Source: Blochmannia endosymbiont of Camponotus modoc (GTDB taxonomy: Bacteria; Pseudomonadota; Gammaproteobacteria; Enterobacterales; Enterobacteriaceae). Taken from it: a stretch of DNA of 32,000 nt. The notes under the pieces were generated by a model. It was not told the DNA's origin. It made no database searches and saw only the letters and a list, made by a program, of their open reading frames with translations. The stretch lies in contig NZ_CP097765.1 in the NCBI RefSeq assembly GCF_023585785.1, positions 270,001-302,000 on the forward strand. The letters are read 5' to 3'. This document shows positions 10,720-21,849 of this stretch, one piece after another; position 1 is the stretch's first letter; each line of letters begins with the position of its first letter. A program made the translations under genes and the position numbers.

Positions 10720-11910
10720 TTAATCTGTTTTCCAATTTAATATTGCACTTACTAAAAGACGTCTTAGAAAGGTACTATAGTTAACAAAAAATAAACCCAT
10801 ATTTCGAGCAATAATCAACGGCAAGTAATGATTGCTAAATAAACGCACTAATCCATCGGTGATTTTAATAATCCTACATTGATCTAAATATCTGTGTTTT
10901 TGGTATCTGTTTAACACAGAATAGTCTCCAATATCTAAATTCTGATATAATGCTTGTGTCACTATTTTTGATAACACTACAATGTCACGCAATCCAAGAT
11001 TAAATCCTTGTCCGGCAATAGGATGTAAATTTTGTGCCGCATTTCCGACTAATGCCAATCTGTGACTAATATGGCTATTAGCCCTAGTTAACCAAAGATC
11101 GTAAAAATATCTCTTTCCTATATTCAAAATTTTTCCTAATTTCCATCCGAATACATTTTGCAATTCTTGAGAAAATTTATTCCTATTCCACGTAGATACC
11201 TCTTTTTGTTGCTTATCAGAAATACACCAAATTAAAAAACTAAAATCGTTAGCCATAGGTAATATGGCTAATGGTCCGTACTCTGTAAATTTTTCAAAAG
11301 CTCTTCCAAAATGAGGTATTTCAGTGGTAATTTTAGAAACTACAGCAATCTGTTGATAATTCCACCTGAACCATTGCATACCGCAACTGGCAGCTAGTGT
11401 TGAATCAGCACCATCTGCCGCTACCATTAATTTTGAAACTATTTGATGATCATTATTTAAAACAATTATGTTATTTTTTTTTTCGCGTTTAATTTTTTTT
11501 AAAGTTGCTGGACAATATACAGTTACAGTAGATTTATTATATAAAAAATCAAACAATTTCTTTCTAAAGATATTTAATTCGATAACATAACCTAATTCTG
11601 ATAATTGATAGTCTTGAGCATCAATAAATATTTTATTCAATCGATGATATTCACTAACCTCTACTTGTTTTATAATGGTAGAGCAAGAAGATAAAATTGG
11701 AGCCATATTAATGCGTATTAATTCAAAATAAGCACCTCGCGATAAAGCTATTACATGAGGTGGATATGTATTTGAAGACAATTTTGTATCATAACAATAA
11801 GGAGAATGTTGCTCTATCAAGGAGATTTCTAAATCTCCTTTTGTCAATTTAGATAACATTAAGGCTAGTATTGCCCCTGTCATTCCTCCACCATTTATAA
11901 CAATAGACAT
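10720..11910 (-). CDS. ubiH: 2-octaprenyl-6-methoxyphenol hydroxylase
   Basis: 396 aa. MSIVINGGGMTGAILAL matches E. coli MSVIIVGGGMAGATLAL. Also present: VAADGADS, GRAFEKFTEYGPLAILPM and LVGNAAQNLHPIAGQGFNLGLRD. Confidence 0.93.
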   Translation of the reverse strand: MSIVINGGGMTGAILALMLSKLTKGDLEISLIEQHSPYCYDTKLSSNTYPPHVIALSRGAYFELIRINMAPILSSCSTIIKQVEVSEYHRLNKIFIDAQDYQLSELGYVIELNIFRKKLFDFLYNKSTVTVYCPATLKKIKREKKNNIIVLNNDHQIVSKLMVAADGADSTLAASCGMQWFRWNYQQIAVVSKITTEIPHFGRAFEKFTEYGPLAILPMANDFSFLIWCISDKQQKEVSTWNRNKFSQELQNVFGWKLGKILNIGKRYFYDLWLTRANSHISHRLALVGNAAQNLHPIAGQGFNLGLRDIVVLSKIVTQALYQNLDIGDYSVLNRYQKHRYLDQCRIIKITDGLVRLFSNHYLPLIIARNMGLFFVNYSTFLRRLLVSAILNWKTD

Positions 11911-12581
11911 CGATTATTATCTAACGTATGAATATAAAAATTTTAATATTGAACAAAAATATAGTATATGAATTAATATAATCAGACTTAATTTTTGCAA
12001 ATATTAGTATTATATATTTTTATAATGTAATTTATTTTAATTTAATATCTAACATAAGTTAGATAACTATATAACAATAAAAAACTCAATATGCAAACAT
12101 CTTTTGTAGAATTAACGCACCAATTAAATAAAGCATATTTACAGTTAACTTAAATATGAGTTTGATACATATATCGAAATATTTTTGCATTTTCTATTTA
12201 TTATGAACAATTACATTAAATCTAATTGCAATAATTCTTATTTGTTATAAGATACAAAATATGTTTATGCTATTAAATAACGCTTATAAAGATATAAGCA
12301 TTTATTGCAATATAATTTCAGTATTGTTAGTGTTTATGGCAAATAAACCTATTTTTATAATAAAATTAAGTGGGTTTTCAGTATATCAAATATGTATATT
12401 CAATATACTATTTTAAAATTCATATGGTTTTAAAATAATTTAATCGTACAAATGATGCGTAGTATACTTATGGACTACAAAGATATTCTATAAACTTATT
12501 GAAATATCCAATTTTTAATTTTACTACAATTTAAATTGCAGAAAAATTATATTTTTATGTAAGATATTTTTTATGTTTAAA

Positions 12582-12628
12582 TATTTTTACACATTCAAAA
12601 ATTATTAATTATTGAATGTGTAAAAATA
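12582..12628. repeat. 47-nt near-perfect palindrome: a 17-bp perfect stem, one A/A mismatch, then 4 more A-T pairs
   Basis: I paired it base by base. 12582..12598 (tatttttacacattcaa) is the exact reverse complement of 12612..12628 (ttgaatgtgtaaaaata). It lies 144 nt upstream of the zapA ATG, in the ORF-free ubiH-zapA spacer. Confidence 0.85.
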
Positions 12629-12771
12629 AAATAATAATTTTTATGGTTTTTTAATCAAATATTCATATACAAAACAAATTTCTATATATGCGTACAACCA
12701 TTATAGTAATTATTATTGTATTGTATAATCATTGAAAAATATAAATAAATTATAATTTCCAGGAAAGAAAT

Positions 12772-13116
12772 ATGCCTGAACAACCAATAGATATTCAAAT
12801 TTTAGGTCGAACACTACGTATCAATTGTCCGCCTCAACAACAGGATGCTTTAAATAAGGCAGTAGAGGATTTAACTCAACGTTTGCAGGATTTAAAAATT
12901 AGAACAAGGGTAACTAATGCTGAACAATTAGTATTTATAGTTGCTTTAAATATATGTCATGAATTAGCTCAGGAAAAATTAAAAACGCGTGAATATGCAG
13001 CTAACATTGAGAAACATATTCTGTTATTACAACAAACTATCGAAAAAGCCTTAATTGCACATACTCATATTACTGAGCATGCTAATAGATCACTGGAATG
13101 CTCTGAACACGCATAA
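12772..13116 (+). CDS. zapA: Cell division protein ZapA
   Basis: 114 aa. [69 protein letters not shown] is near-identical in pattern to E. coli ZapA. Confidence 0.95.
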   Translation: MPEQPIDIQILGRTLRINCPPQQQDALNKAVEDLTQRLQDLKIRTRVTNAEQLVFIVALNICHELAQEKLKTREYAANIEKHILLLQQTIEKALIAHTHITEHANRSLECSEHA

Positions 13117-13297
13117 ATTATTATATTATATTATATATTTTGTGTGCAGACATAATAAGATCATCAGAATAATGAATGTAGATAGACATTATAGTTAACA
13201 TTATTTTTAGGATAAACAGCGTATAAATATGCTGTATTCATATCAATGAATTCAATCTAATATGTATGTTGATGACAAAAAATTATACAGAAAATTT

Positions 13298-13317
13298 CTT
13301 CGTATGTACATACGAAG
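13298..13317. repeat. Perfect 20-nt palindrome cttcgtATGtacatacgaag that encloses the probable ygfA start codon
   Basis: All 10 pairs were checked: 13298/13317 through 13307/13308. Four of the ten are G-C pairs. ATG 13304..13306 lies in the 5' arm. Confidence 0.85.
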
Positions 13318-13873
13318 TATACGTAGAACTTTAACGTTTCAAGAACAATACACAGCGGCACAATTAATAACTAACAAAATTATGACTATAAATCATATAT
13401 ACAGATCAACGCGTATAGCGGCGTTTATTGCGTTTGATGGAGAAATAAATACTACTTTGCTCATTAGAGCTTTGTTATTGATGCATAAACAGATATATTT
13501 ACCAATTCTGCCTGATTCAGGGTCTAAATGCTTATTGTTTGCACGATATACATTTTCAACACCTCTTATATGCAATCATTTAAATATATATGAACCGAAA
13601 TGGAATGTTCGTTCTGTTATTCCTATAGAAAAAATAGATGTTATATTTGTTCCATTAGTCGCATTTGATACTAGTGGAAATCGATTAGGCATGGGTGGCG
13701 GTTTTTATGATAGAACTTTACAAAACTGGAAACATCAAAGCAATTATATACCTATAGGATTAGCACATGATTTTCAAAGAATACCTACCCAATTGCTTCC
13801 TATAGAAACATGGGATATCATGTTGCCAGAAATTATTACTCCATCTTATCATTTGATTGTAGATACGCATTAA
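13304..13873 (+). CDS. ygfA: 5-formyltetrahydrofolate cyclo-ligase. The ORF is open from ATG 13262, but homology supports the ATG at 13304.
   Basis: MYIRSIRRTLTFQEQ aligns with the E. coli YgfA N-terminus MIRQRRRALTPEQQ. Also present: FIAFDGEINT, YLPIL, IYEPK, FVPLVAFDTSGNRLGMGGGFYDRTLQNW and WDIMLPEIITPS. Confidence 0.88.
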   Translation: MYIRSIRRTLTFQEQYTAAQLITNKIMTINHIYRSTRIAAFIAFDGEINTTLLIRALLLMHKQIYLPILPDSGSKCLLFARYTFSTPLICNHLNIYEPKWNVRSVIPIEKIDVIFVPLVAFDTSGNRLGMGGGFYDRTLQNWKHQSNYIPIGLAHDFQRIPTQLLPIETWDIMLPEIITPSYHLIVDTH

Positions 13874-14116
13874 ACAATACTTTGAAAGGCATTGTTGTTT
13901 GTAATGTTTAGTTCTGTAATAATTACATTTTTTGAATACGGATAGGGGTTTGATGTATTCTCAACAATGGATATTAATTAATTTGCATTTATTATTAATA
14001 ATATCTTGATAACGATCGTATTAAAAATATATTGCTTTATACTGACATATAAATTGTCAATAATTTTTAGTGTTATATTTTTAAAATTTAATTTTTCTAT
14101 TAGCATAGAAAAAGAT

Positions 14117-14773
14117 TTATTTAATTATTTTTATACCTTCTCTTGTCCCAATTAATACTATATCTGCTCGTCTTTTTGCGAATATACCAACACTCACTAC
14201 TCCTGGAATATTATTAATTTTGGTTTCTAATAGTGACGCATTTACAATCTTCATGTTATATACGTCTAATATATTATTACCATTATCAGTAACTACATTA
14301 TGTCGATATTCTGGTAAGCCACCTAAACGCACCAATTCTCTTGCTACTAATGAGCGAGCCATGGGAATAACTTCTATTGGTAAGGGACCGCGTCCTAATA
14401 TATTTACTTGTTTACTGCTGTCAACGATACAAATAAATTTTTTAGCTGCAGCAGCAATAATTTTTTCTTTGGTCAAAGCTCCACCCTTACCTTTAATCAT
14501 TTGCATATGTGAATCAATTTCATCGGCACTGTCAACATATACATCTAATTCGTGTAAGCTATTAAGATTACATAGAGGAATACCTATTTTTTTTAATTGA
14601 TTAGATGAGTAATTTGAACTGGAAACCACGCCTTCTATTTTTTCCTTTATACTGTTTAGTGCTTCAATAAAATATGTAACAGTAGAGCCTGTTCCCACTC
14701 CTATAATTCTGCTAGATTGAATATATTTTAAAGCTGCCCAACCTACTGATTTTTTTAATTTATTTTGTACCAT
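14117..14773 (-). CDS. rpiA: Ribose-5-phosphate isomerase A. The ORF is open to 14815; homology supports the ATG at 14773.
   Basis: [19 protein letters not shown] matches E. coli MTQDELKKAVGWAALQYVQ. Also present: [37 protein letters not shown] and GVVSVGIF. Confidence 0.93.
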   Translation of the reverse strand: MVQNKLKKSVGWAALKYIQSSRIIGVGTGSTVTYFIEALNSIKEKIEGVVSSSNYSSNQLKKIGIPLCNLNSLHELDVYVDSADEIDSHMQMIKGKGGALTKEKIIAAAAKKFICIVDSSKQVNILGRGPLPIEVIPMARSLVARELVRLGGLPEYRHNVVTDNGNNILDVYNMKIVNASLLETKINNIPGVVSVGIFAKRRADIVLIGTREGIKIIK

Positions 14774-15113
14774 ACAACACCCATACAAGACGTATATTAT
14801 ATAATTAGCACACACTAATTTGATCTATTATTATTGATGTTTAATAATAATTTTCGTTTTATATAGATCAAAAAACGATATTCAATGGGGAATTAAAACC
14901 ATACATCAGATAAGTTTTATGATTCATTTAGGAATTGCACTCCATAAACAAGAAACAGGTTTTATGATTTATTTATATTGAAATTTAATTAAATCTTATT
15001 TGTCGTAATCATAATATTAATAATATTCATCAAATTTAACTTCATATAACTCGAATTTTATTCGATACACGAATCTGATCTAATACATTACAATTTGTTA
15101 TTAAAAAATTGTT

Positions 15114-16196
15114 TTACAAAATATTAACAGCATTTAAAGTGTAAAATATTTTTTCTAAATACTTAATCATTGATTTTTGTCCTGCACGAATCCAGATACG
15201 TGGGTCATAAAATTTTTTATTTGGTTGATCGTTTCCATATGGATTACCTAATTGAGTCTGAAGAAAGCTTTTATTATGTTGGTAGTATTTTAAAATACCT
15301 CCCCAAGTAGCCCACTGTATATCAGTGTCAATGTTCATTTTTACAACACCGTAACTGATAGCTTCTTTAATTTCTTCTTCTGTAGATCCAGATCCTCCGT
15401 GAAATACTAAATTTAAAAAATTGTCAGGTAATCCAAATTTATTGGAAACGTGTTTTTGTGATTTTTGAAGAATTTTTGGATCTAATCGTATGTTTCCTGG
15501 TTTGTATACACCATGTACATTTCCAAATGATGCAGCTATAATAAATCGAGGACTGATAATATGTAATTTTTCATAAGCATAAGTTATATCTTCTGGGTTT
15601 GTATATAAAAGTGAACGATCTAAATGATGGTGATCTATGCCATCTTCTTCTCCTCCGGTACAACCTAATTCTATTTCTAAAGTCATATTTAATTTGTGCA
15701 TACGATTTAGATACTGTGAGCTAATTTCTATGTTTTCTTTTAAAGATTCTTCAGATAAATCAATCATATGAGATGAAAATAATGGACTACCAGTTTCATC
15801 AAAATGCTTTTTACCTAAATCTAATAGAGCATTAATCCAAGGCAAATTTTTTTTAGTACAATGATCAGTATGTAAAATCACAGGAATACCATAATGTTTA
15901 GAAATGTGATGTACATGTAAACTGCCAGAGATAGCCCCTAATACTGCTGTATTATGATCATTTTTATCACTATTTAAACCATATCCTGCCATGAAAGCAG
16001 ATCCTTTTTTAGAAAACTGTAAAATAATAGGGGACTGCATATTAGCTGCAGATTCTAGTGCAGCATTAATTGAATCCATTCCTATACAGTTTACCGCTGG
16101 TAAAGCAAAATTGTTTTTTTTTGCAAAATCAAATATTTTCTGCACATTATTTCCAGTAACTACGCCTGGCTTTATAAAATCGAGGATCTTAGTCAT
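15114..16196 (-). CDS. fbaA: Fructose-bisphosphate aldolase, class II
   Basis: 360 aa. MTKILDFIKPGVVTGNNVQKIF matches E. coli MSKIFDFVKPGVITGDDVQKVF. The Zn-ligand contexts are all present: ILHTDHC, FGNVHGVYKPGN, VFHGGSGS. Confidence 0.96.
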   Translation of the reverse strand: MTKILDFIKPGVVTGNNVQKIFDFAKKNNFALPAVNCIGMDSINAALESAANMQSPIILQFSKKGSAFMAGYGLNSDKNDHNTAVLGAISGSLHVHHISKHYGIPVILHTDHCTKKNLPWINALLDLGKKHFDETGSPLFSSHMIDLSEESLKENIEISSQYLNRMHKLNMTLEIELGCTGGEEDGIDHHHLDRSLLYTNPEDITYAYEKLHIISPRFIIAASFGNVHGVYKPGNIRLDPKILQKSQKHVSNKFGLPDNFLNLVFHGGSGSTEEEIKEAISYGVVKMNIDTDIQWATWGGILKYYQHNKSFLQTQLGNPYGNDQPNKKFYDPRIWIRAGQKSMIKYLEKIFYTLNAVNIL

Positions 16197-16279
16197 TTAT
16201 TTTCTTCTGTTGTTAATGAAAAAATACATCGACAAGATTATTTAAATATAGTCGTATGTACTTTCATATATAATACTAA

Positions 16280-17464
16280 TTAATTCATGTCATTTAAAGC
16301 ATGTTTTTCAAGCATTTTTACTGATGGAAACGTTTTACCTTCAATGAATTCTAAAAAAGCGCCGCCTCCGGTAGAAATATAAGAAATTTGATCAGAAATA
16401 TCGAATAAATCAATAGCCATTAAAGTATCACCGCCTCCGACGATAGAAAAAGCATTACTTTTAGCAATAGCATGGGATATCATTTCTGTGCCTTTTCTGA
16501 AATTTGGAAACTCAAATACTCCAATAGGACCGTTCCACAGAATAGTTTTAGCGCAATTTAAAATATCTAATATTCGAGTAATAGATTCATCACCTAAGTC
16601 AAGAATTTGCTCATCATCTTTAATATCAATTATAGCTTTCATAGTGACTGGAGCCGTTTCAGAAAATTCTGTACTTACTCGTACATCAGTAAGAATAGGT
16701 ATATCACAATTTTCTAAAAGACGTTTTGCTGTAGGTATAAGTTCCTCTTCATATAAAGATTTACCTACTTTTTTTCCTTGAGCTGCTAAAAAGGTATTTG
16801 CGATACCTCCTCCTACTATCAAATAATCTGCAACTTTTGATAAAGAATCTAAAACAATCAATTTAGTAGATACTTTAGACCCCCCAACTATTGCAACCAT
16901 TGGTCTCATAGGATTACATAAGGCCTTTCCTAAAGCTTCTAGTTCTTTTTGCAATAAAAGCCCAGAACAAGCTGAAGTAACAAATTTACCTATACCGTGT
17001 GTAGACGCCTGTGTACGGTGAGCACTACCAAACGCATCCATAATAAATACATCACATAACATGGCGTATTTCTTTGATAATATCTCATCATCTTTTTTTT
17101 CTCCTTTGTTAAATCGTACATTTTCTAAAACTAAAAGCTCTCCTTCCATAAAGTTTACTCCCTCTAAATAATCTTTAACCAGACGCACTTCTTTGACATA
17201 TCGATTAATCAATTGTTTCTTTAAATATTCAACCACGGGCTGTAAGGAAAATTGAGCATTATATTCTCCTTCTATTGGTCGACCCAGATGAGAAGTTACC
17301 ATAACATGTTTACTGTTCTTTAAAGCCAATTTAATAGTAGGTAAGGATGCATGAATTTTTCTATTAGAAGTAATGACTCCATTTTTAACAGGTACGTTTA
17401 AATCAGAACGAATTAAAACACGTTTACCCGTTAGGTCTAAATCAGTTATTTTGATCATAGTCAT
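16280..17464 (-). CDS. pgk: Phosphoglycerate kinase
   Basis: 394 aa, collinear with E. coli Pgk: [82 protein letters not shown]. It lies 83 nt upstream of fbaA, consistent with a pgk-fbaA operon. Confidence 0.96.
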   Translation of the reverse strand: MTMIKITDLDLTGKRVLIRSDLNVPVKNGVITSNRKIHASLPTIKLALKNSKHVMVTSHLGRPIEGEYNAQFSLQPVVEYLKKQLINRYVKEVRLVKDYLEGVNFMEGELLVLENVRFNKGEKKDDEILSKKYAMLCDVFIMDAFGSAHRTQASTHGIGKFVTSACSGLLLQKELEALGKALCNPMRPMVAIVGGSKVSTKLIVLDSLSKVADYLIVGGGIANTFLAAQGKKVGKSLYEEELIPTAKRLLENCDIPILTDVRVSTEFSETAPVTMKAIIDIKDDEQILDLGDESITRILDILNCAKTILWNGPIGVFEFPNFRKGTEMISHAIAKSNAFSIVGGGDTLMAIDLFDISDQISYISTGGGAFLEFIEGKTFPSVKMLEKHALNDMN

Positions 17465-17964
17465 GATAGGTAACCTTTTAAATGTGAGGCAATATAGATA
17501 GTAATATATTTGATGATGAAAAAATATTTTTTATTTATCTATATATCCATATTTTTAGTTTAGTTTATTAGTCAACAACTGAATAAAATAAATAATATAT
17601 AACTTAAAATAAATTTAATTTTTCAAAATAATTAATTAATAACATAGAAACTTTAAAAAATTAACGTATTGTAAATAGCTACTATATACTGAACAGTGTT
17701 AACATGCATTAGGAAACATGCAATGTCTGATGGGAGCATAAGGCGCTGATTACTTAATAACAATCTGATTTATAAATCATTTATGAATTTAGTGTTGTAA
17801 TCATATAATCATTTGACATGTTACGTAACTAATATTATAAGCATTGTTGATTTGATGTTAGTATTGAGCATTTAAATATAATACCAATTTTATAATGCGA
17901 CGTTATTTTTTTTTGCGTGATTAATTGCGGTGTTTAATTAATGAATAACATACTAAATTAATTT

Positions 17965-18885
17965 TTAATTCTTCTTGGATTTCACTTGAGTATAAAGCAT
18001 TTCCAACCCTATTGTAGCCGCTGCTAAAGCAGTAATCTGTGCGCAATCGTAAGCTGGAGCTACCTCTACTAAATCAATACCTATAATATTTAAATGTTGA
18101 AAACCTCGTATTAATTTTAATACACGGTAACTTGTTAATCCTCCAATTACTGGAGTCCCAGTACCAGGCGCTATAGACGGATCCAAACAATCAATATCGA
18201 AAGTTAAATACACTGGAAAGGATTGAGCGATTGATGTTATTTTATTTATAATAATATCAATGTTAGTGTCATTAACATACTCCACATCTAGCACTGTAAA
18301 TCCGAAACATTTTTTGTATTCGGTACGAATACCAATTTGTATTGAATGTACAGGATCTATTAATTTTTCATTAAGAGCATGTAATATTACAACACCGTGA
18401 TCATATTTACTATCGTTATTATAGTAATCTGCATGTGCGTCAAAGTGTATTATTGCTATTTTTTCAAAAAATTTTGCATACGCACGTAATATAGGCAATG
18501 TGATATAATGGTCCCCTCCAAATGATAACATTTTTTTTCCAGACATTAGTAAATTTTCAGCATGGTTTTGTAGAGAACTGGTGAAATCTTGTATGTCTCC
18601 AGATTTGTATATTAAATCTCCGCAGTCAACTACGTGTAAATTCTCGCGTATATTCACGCTCCAAGGCCAACGAAAATGTTCCCAGGCTAAATTAATAGAT
18701 GCTTGTCTAATAGCGGTTGGTCCAAATCTACTGCCTGAGCGACCAGAAGTAGCCATATCAAAAGGAACCCCAGTAATTACCCAATCACTATTACTATTAT
18801 AAGGATCAAATTCTAATGGAAATCGTAAAAATCCAAAGGAATTCGAAAATAAGGAGTTATCATTTTTATAATTCAAAGTATTCAT
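17965..18885 (-). CDS. speB: Agmatinase (ureohydrolase family)
   Basis: 306 aa. [40 protein letters not shown] matches E. coli SpeB. The Mn-ligand motifs HFDAHAD and [10 protein letters not shown] are intact, and the C-terminal region VEVAPAYD is present. Confidence 0.95.
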   Translation of the reverse strand: MNTLNYKNDNSLFSNSFGFLRFPLEFDPYNSNSDWVITGVPFDMATSGRSGSRFGPTAIRQASINLAWEHFRWPWSVNIRENLHVVDCGDLIYKSGDIQDFTSSLQNHAENLLMSGKKMLSFGGDHYITLPILRAYAKFFEKIAIIHFDAHADYYNNDSKYDHGVVILHALNEKLIDPVHSIQIGIRTEYKKCFGFTVLDVEYVNDTNIDIIINKITSIAQSFPVYLTFDIDCLDPSIAPGTGTPVIGGLTSYRVLKLIRGFQHLNIIGIDLVEVAPAYDCAQITALAAATIGLEMLYTQVKSKKN

Positions 18886-19637
18886 GCATTTCCTTTGTTT
18901 AATTAATTTTATAAACAGTCTATTATATATAAAATATAGTTTGAGTACAATTAAATAGAATATTTGTATAAATTGATATTTCTAAAAATTTTTATATAGT
19001 CTGTCGACACAGTTGCAGTCAAACAAGTTTCTCAAATTTAAAAAATTTCTAGAAATATGTTCAAATAAACCTGTACTCAAATGTATGATGATGTCTATAT
19101 AGTAAATAAATTACAAACAAGACTTATTTTTATTTATTTTTTAATTTAATTATTTTCTATAACACAAGACGCAAATATTTTATTATAAAAATGATTAAAA
19201 TAAGATATTTGGTTTATATAAGTATTGAATATCGTCAGAATTTTTAAATTTATATACACAATGATATTGAATAAGATAACTTTACTTGTTAATAAATTAA
19301 TTAAAAATATGATTCAATAATATAAATGAATAAGTGCATAAAAAATTTAATTAATAATGATACTTATATAAGTATCAGATGAACAGTATTAGAAACAGAC
19401 ATATTTTCAGAAAATTTTGATCACAATCTATTAATAGTTCATATAGCTACTTTATCAATATTTGATATGTAAATTTAATAATATTAAATTACTATTAAAT
19501 ACGAAAAGGAAGTATAATATGTTGGTAATTTATGTCAAATAATTTTATGCATATGATTAACTCAAATAAATTTACTATACCTATATTGGATCATACTCAT
19601 ATAAGTCGCGAAATTTATACTAAAAAGGATATAAAAA

Positions 19638-20807
19638 ATGTCGCAATATTCGTTTACATCTGAGTCCGTATCAGAAGGACATCCAGATAAAATTGCAGAT
19701 CAGATTTCTGATGCTATACTGGATTCTATCTTAGCGCAGGATCCAAGAGCTCGTGTTGCGTGTGAAACTTATGTTAAGACAGGTATAGTAATAATGGGTG
19801 GGGAAATTACTACCACTGCTTGGGTAAATATGGAAGAAATCGCTAGAAACACCATTCGCGATATTGGTTATGTTCATTCAGATATGGGGTTTGATGCAAA
19901 TTCTTGCGTAATATTGAGTGTAATTAATAAACAATCTTCAGATATTCAATATAGTATTGATCAAGGCAATACAAGTACATTACAACGAGGAGCAGGTGAT
20001 CAGGGATTAATGTTTGGATATGCTACTAATGAAACTAATGTTTTAATGCCTGCTCCGATAACATATGCGCATCGTTTGATTAGAAGAAAATCTCAAGTGA
20101 GAAAAAGTGGAGTGTTACCTTGGTTGGGATTAGATGCCAAAAGCCAAGTAACTGTTGCTTATGAGAATGGCAAGATCATTGGTATCACCGCTGTTGTCTT
20201 GTCTATTCAACATGCTTATGATATAAAGTTAACAGATTTGAAAGAAGCTGCTATGGAAGAAATTATTAAACCAGTGCTACCCAACAAATGGTTGTCTAAT
20301 AGCACCACATTTCTTATCAATCCTGGTGGGCGTTTTGTTATCGGAGGTCCTATTAGTGATTGTGGTTTAACTGGAAGAAAAATCATCGTAGATACCTATG
20401 GAGGTGTAGCTCGGCATGGTGGCGGATCTTTTTCTGGAAAAGATCCATCAAAAGTAGATCGTTCGGCTGCTTACGGAGCGAGATATGTAGCTAAAAATAT
20501 TGTAGCGGCTGGATTAGCGGATCGTTGTGAGCTTCAAGTGTCCTATGCAATTGGTGTTCCGCATCCAATTTCTATGAGCATTGAAACTTTTGGAACAGAA
20601 AAAATATCACATGACATTTTAATGAAATTAATAAAAAATTTTTTTGATTTTCGTCCTTATGGTTTAATTGCTATGTTAGATTTATTAAAACCAATTTACA
20701 AAAAAACAGCTGTTTATGGACATTTTGGTCGTGAATGTTTTCCTTGGGAAAAAATTGATAAGGCTGAACTTCTTCGGGATGCAGCTGGTTTGAAATGTAC
20801 ACCTTAA
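19638..20807 (+). CDS. metK: S-adenosylmethionine synthetase
   Basis: 389 aa: [77 protein letters not shown]. Confidence 0.97.
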   Translation: MSQYSFTSESVSEGHPDKIADQISDAILDSILAQDPRARVACETYVKTGIVIMGGEITTTAWVNMEEIARNTIRDIGYVHSDMGFDANSCVILSVINKQSSDIQYSIDQGNTSTLQRGAGDQGLMFGYATNETNVLMPAPITYAHRLIRRKSQVRKSGVLPWLGLDAKSQVTVAYENGKIIGITAVVLSIQHAYDIKLTDLKEAAMEEIIKPVLPNKWLSNSTTFLINPGGRFVIGGPISDCGLTGRKIIVDTYGGVARHGGGSFSGKDPSKVDRSAAYGARYVAKNIVAAGLADRCELQVSYAIGVPHPISMSIETFGTEKISHDILMKLIKNFFDFRPYGLIAMLDLLKPIYKKTAVYGHFGRECFPWEKIDKAELLRDAAGLKCTP

Positions 20808-21264
20808 TAATATTTACATATTTATTTTTAAGTTGATTTATAATGATTTTATTAATATAGAATATATAATGTGTTAAAACAATGATTATACAATAAGAAG
20901 ATTGATATTGTTCGTGTATGTAATATGTATATGTTTATATAAAAATTAAAATTATAGCATGTGTTATTTGAGAATCTACATGTTGATATGTTGTGTAATT
21001 AATCGTTGATTTTTTAAATTTAAAATTTTTTTTAGTTTAATTAAAATTTTATTTAAATATTCTCATTATAAATATTGTGTTAACAAAGAACACAAAGTCA
21101 TGTGTTAATAATAATTAAAAAATTTTAATACTTAAATTGAATTGTGGTTTGCATAAAAATAAATCAATTATAATTGATAACAAAGATGTGAATTATTTAA
21201 GAAAAAATAATTAATTTAAATTTTTAAACTTTGTATTTTTAACAAATAAATTTATAAGTAATTT

Positions 21265-21849
21265 ATGTTAACACCACATAAGATAATAAATTTACAAAAT
21301 CATTTTTTAATAGCTATGCCTGCACTGCAAGATCCATTATTTAAACAATCAGTGGTATATATTTGTGAACATAATGATACAGGTGCTATGGGCATTGTCA
21401 TTAATAAACTAGTGACACGATGTACGGTAGAAACTATATTAAACAACCTAAAGATTGTATCCCCCACGCGCGATCCGTCTATTCGATTAGATAATCCAGT
21501 GTTTTCTGGAGGGCCCTTATTAGATGATCGAGGTTTCATTTTACATACTCCTATAAAGGGTTTTGGTTCTAGTGTTAACATTTCTTCAAAAGCTATGATT
21601 ACTACTTCTAGAGATATTTTAGAAACTTTAGGAACCCCTAATCAGCCAAAGGATGTATTGGTGGCACTTGGGTATTCTGGATGGGATAAAGGTCAATTAG
21701 AACATGAATTAATGGAAAATACTTGGCTTACTGCTCCGGCTAATGAAACAATTTTATTTCATACTCCTATTATTGATCGTTGGCGCGCAGCTGCAAAAAT
21801 ATTAGGAATTAATATTTATAATATTGCTGATCAGACAGGTCATGCATGA
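21265..21849 (+). CDS. yqgE: UPF0301 protein YqgE (AlgH-like)
   Basis: 194 aa. [39 protein letters not shown] is collinear with E. coli YqgE. Also present: [15 protein letters not shown] and [16 protein letters not shown]. Confidence 0.92.
   Translation: MLTPHKIINLQNHFLIAMPALQDPLFKQSVVYICEHNDTGAMGIVINKLVTRCTVETILNNLKIVSPTRDPSIRLDNPVFSGGPLLDDRGFILHTPIKGFGSSVNISSKAMITTSRDILETLGTPNQPKDVLVALGYSGWDKGQLEHELMENTWLTAPANETILFHTPIIDRWRAAAKILGINIYNIADQTGHA

Noticed and set aside
13262-13303. N-terminal extensions offered by the ORF track for ygfA (13262), rpiA (up to 14815) and yggX (GTG 24443)
   Set aside because: In each case an internal ATG aligns with residue 1 of the E. coli ortholog, and the extra residues have no counterpart. 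I kept the shorter models, but the true starts are unverified.
13393-13575. 60-aa minus-strand ORF inside ygfA
   Set aside because: It is an antisense shadow ORF within a homology-supported gene.
14220-14600. 126-aa plus-strand ORF inside rpiA
   Set aside because: It is antisense to rpiA, and no family is recognisable. The length is explained by stop-codon depletion opposite a coding frame.
14914-14975. A 17-nt direct repeat, gttttatgatt(c/t)attta, at 14914..14930 and 14959..14975 between rpiA and fbaA
   Set aside because: The match is 16/17 and the sequence is A/T-dominated. My rough estimate gives only marginal significance for a nearby repeat of this kind, and no associated structure or ORF is present.
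15991-16781. Plus-strand ORFs 15991..16245 (84 aa) and 16488..16781 (97 aa), over fbaA and pgk
   Set aside because: Both are antisense to highly conserved glycolytic genes, and neither has a recognisable motif.
18581-18802. 73-aa plus-strand ORF inside speB
   Set aside because: Antisense shadow ORF.
19400-19637. A SAM riboswitch or MetJ met-boxes (AGACGTCT repeats) upstream of metK
   Set aside because: I saw only a vague agaaacagacat stretch and no tandem 8-mers. There is no G/C-rich structured leader, and enterobacterial metK does not use a SAM riboswitch.
21300-21581. 93-aa minus-strand ORF inside yqgE
   Set aside because: Antisense shadow ORF.
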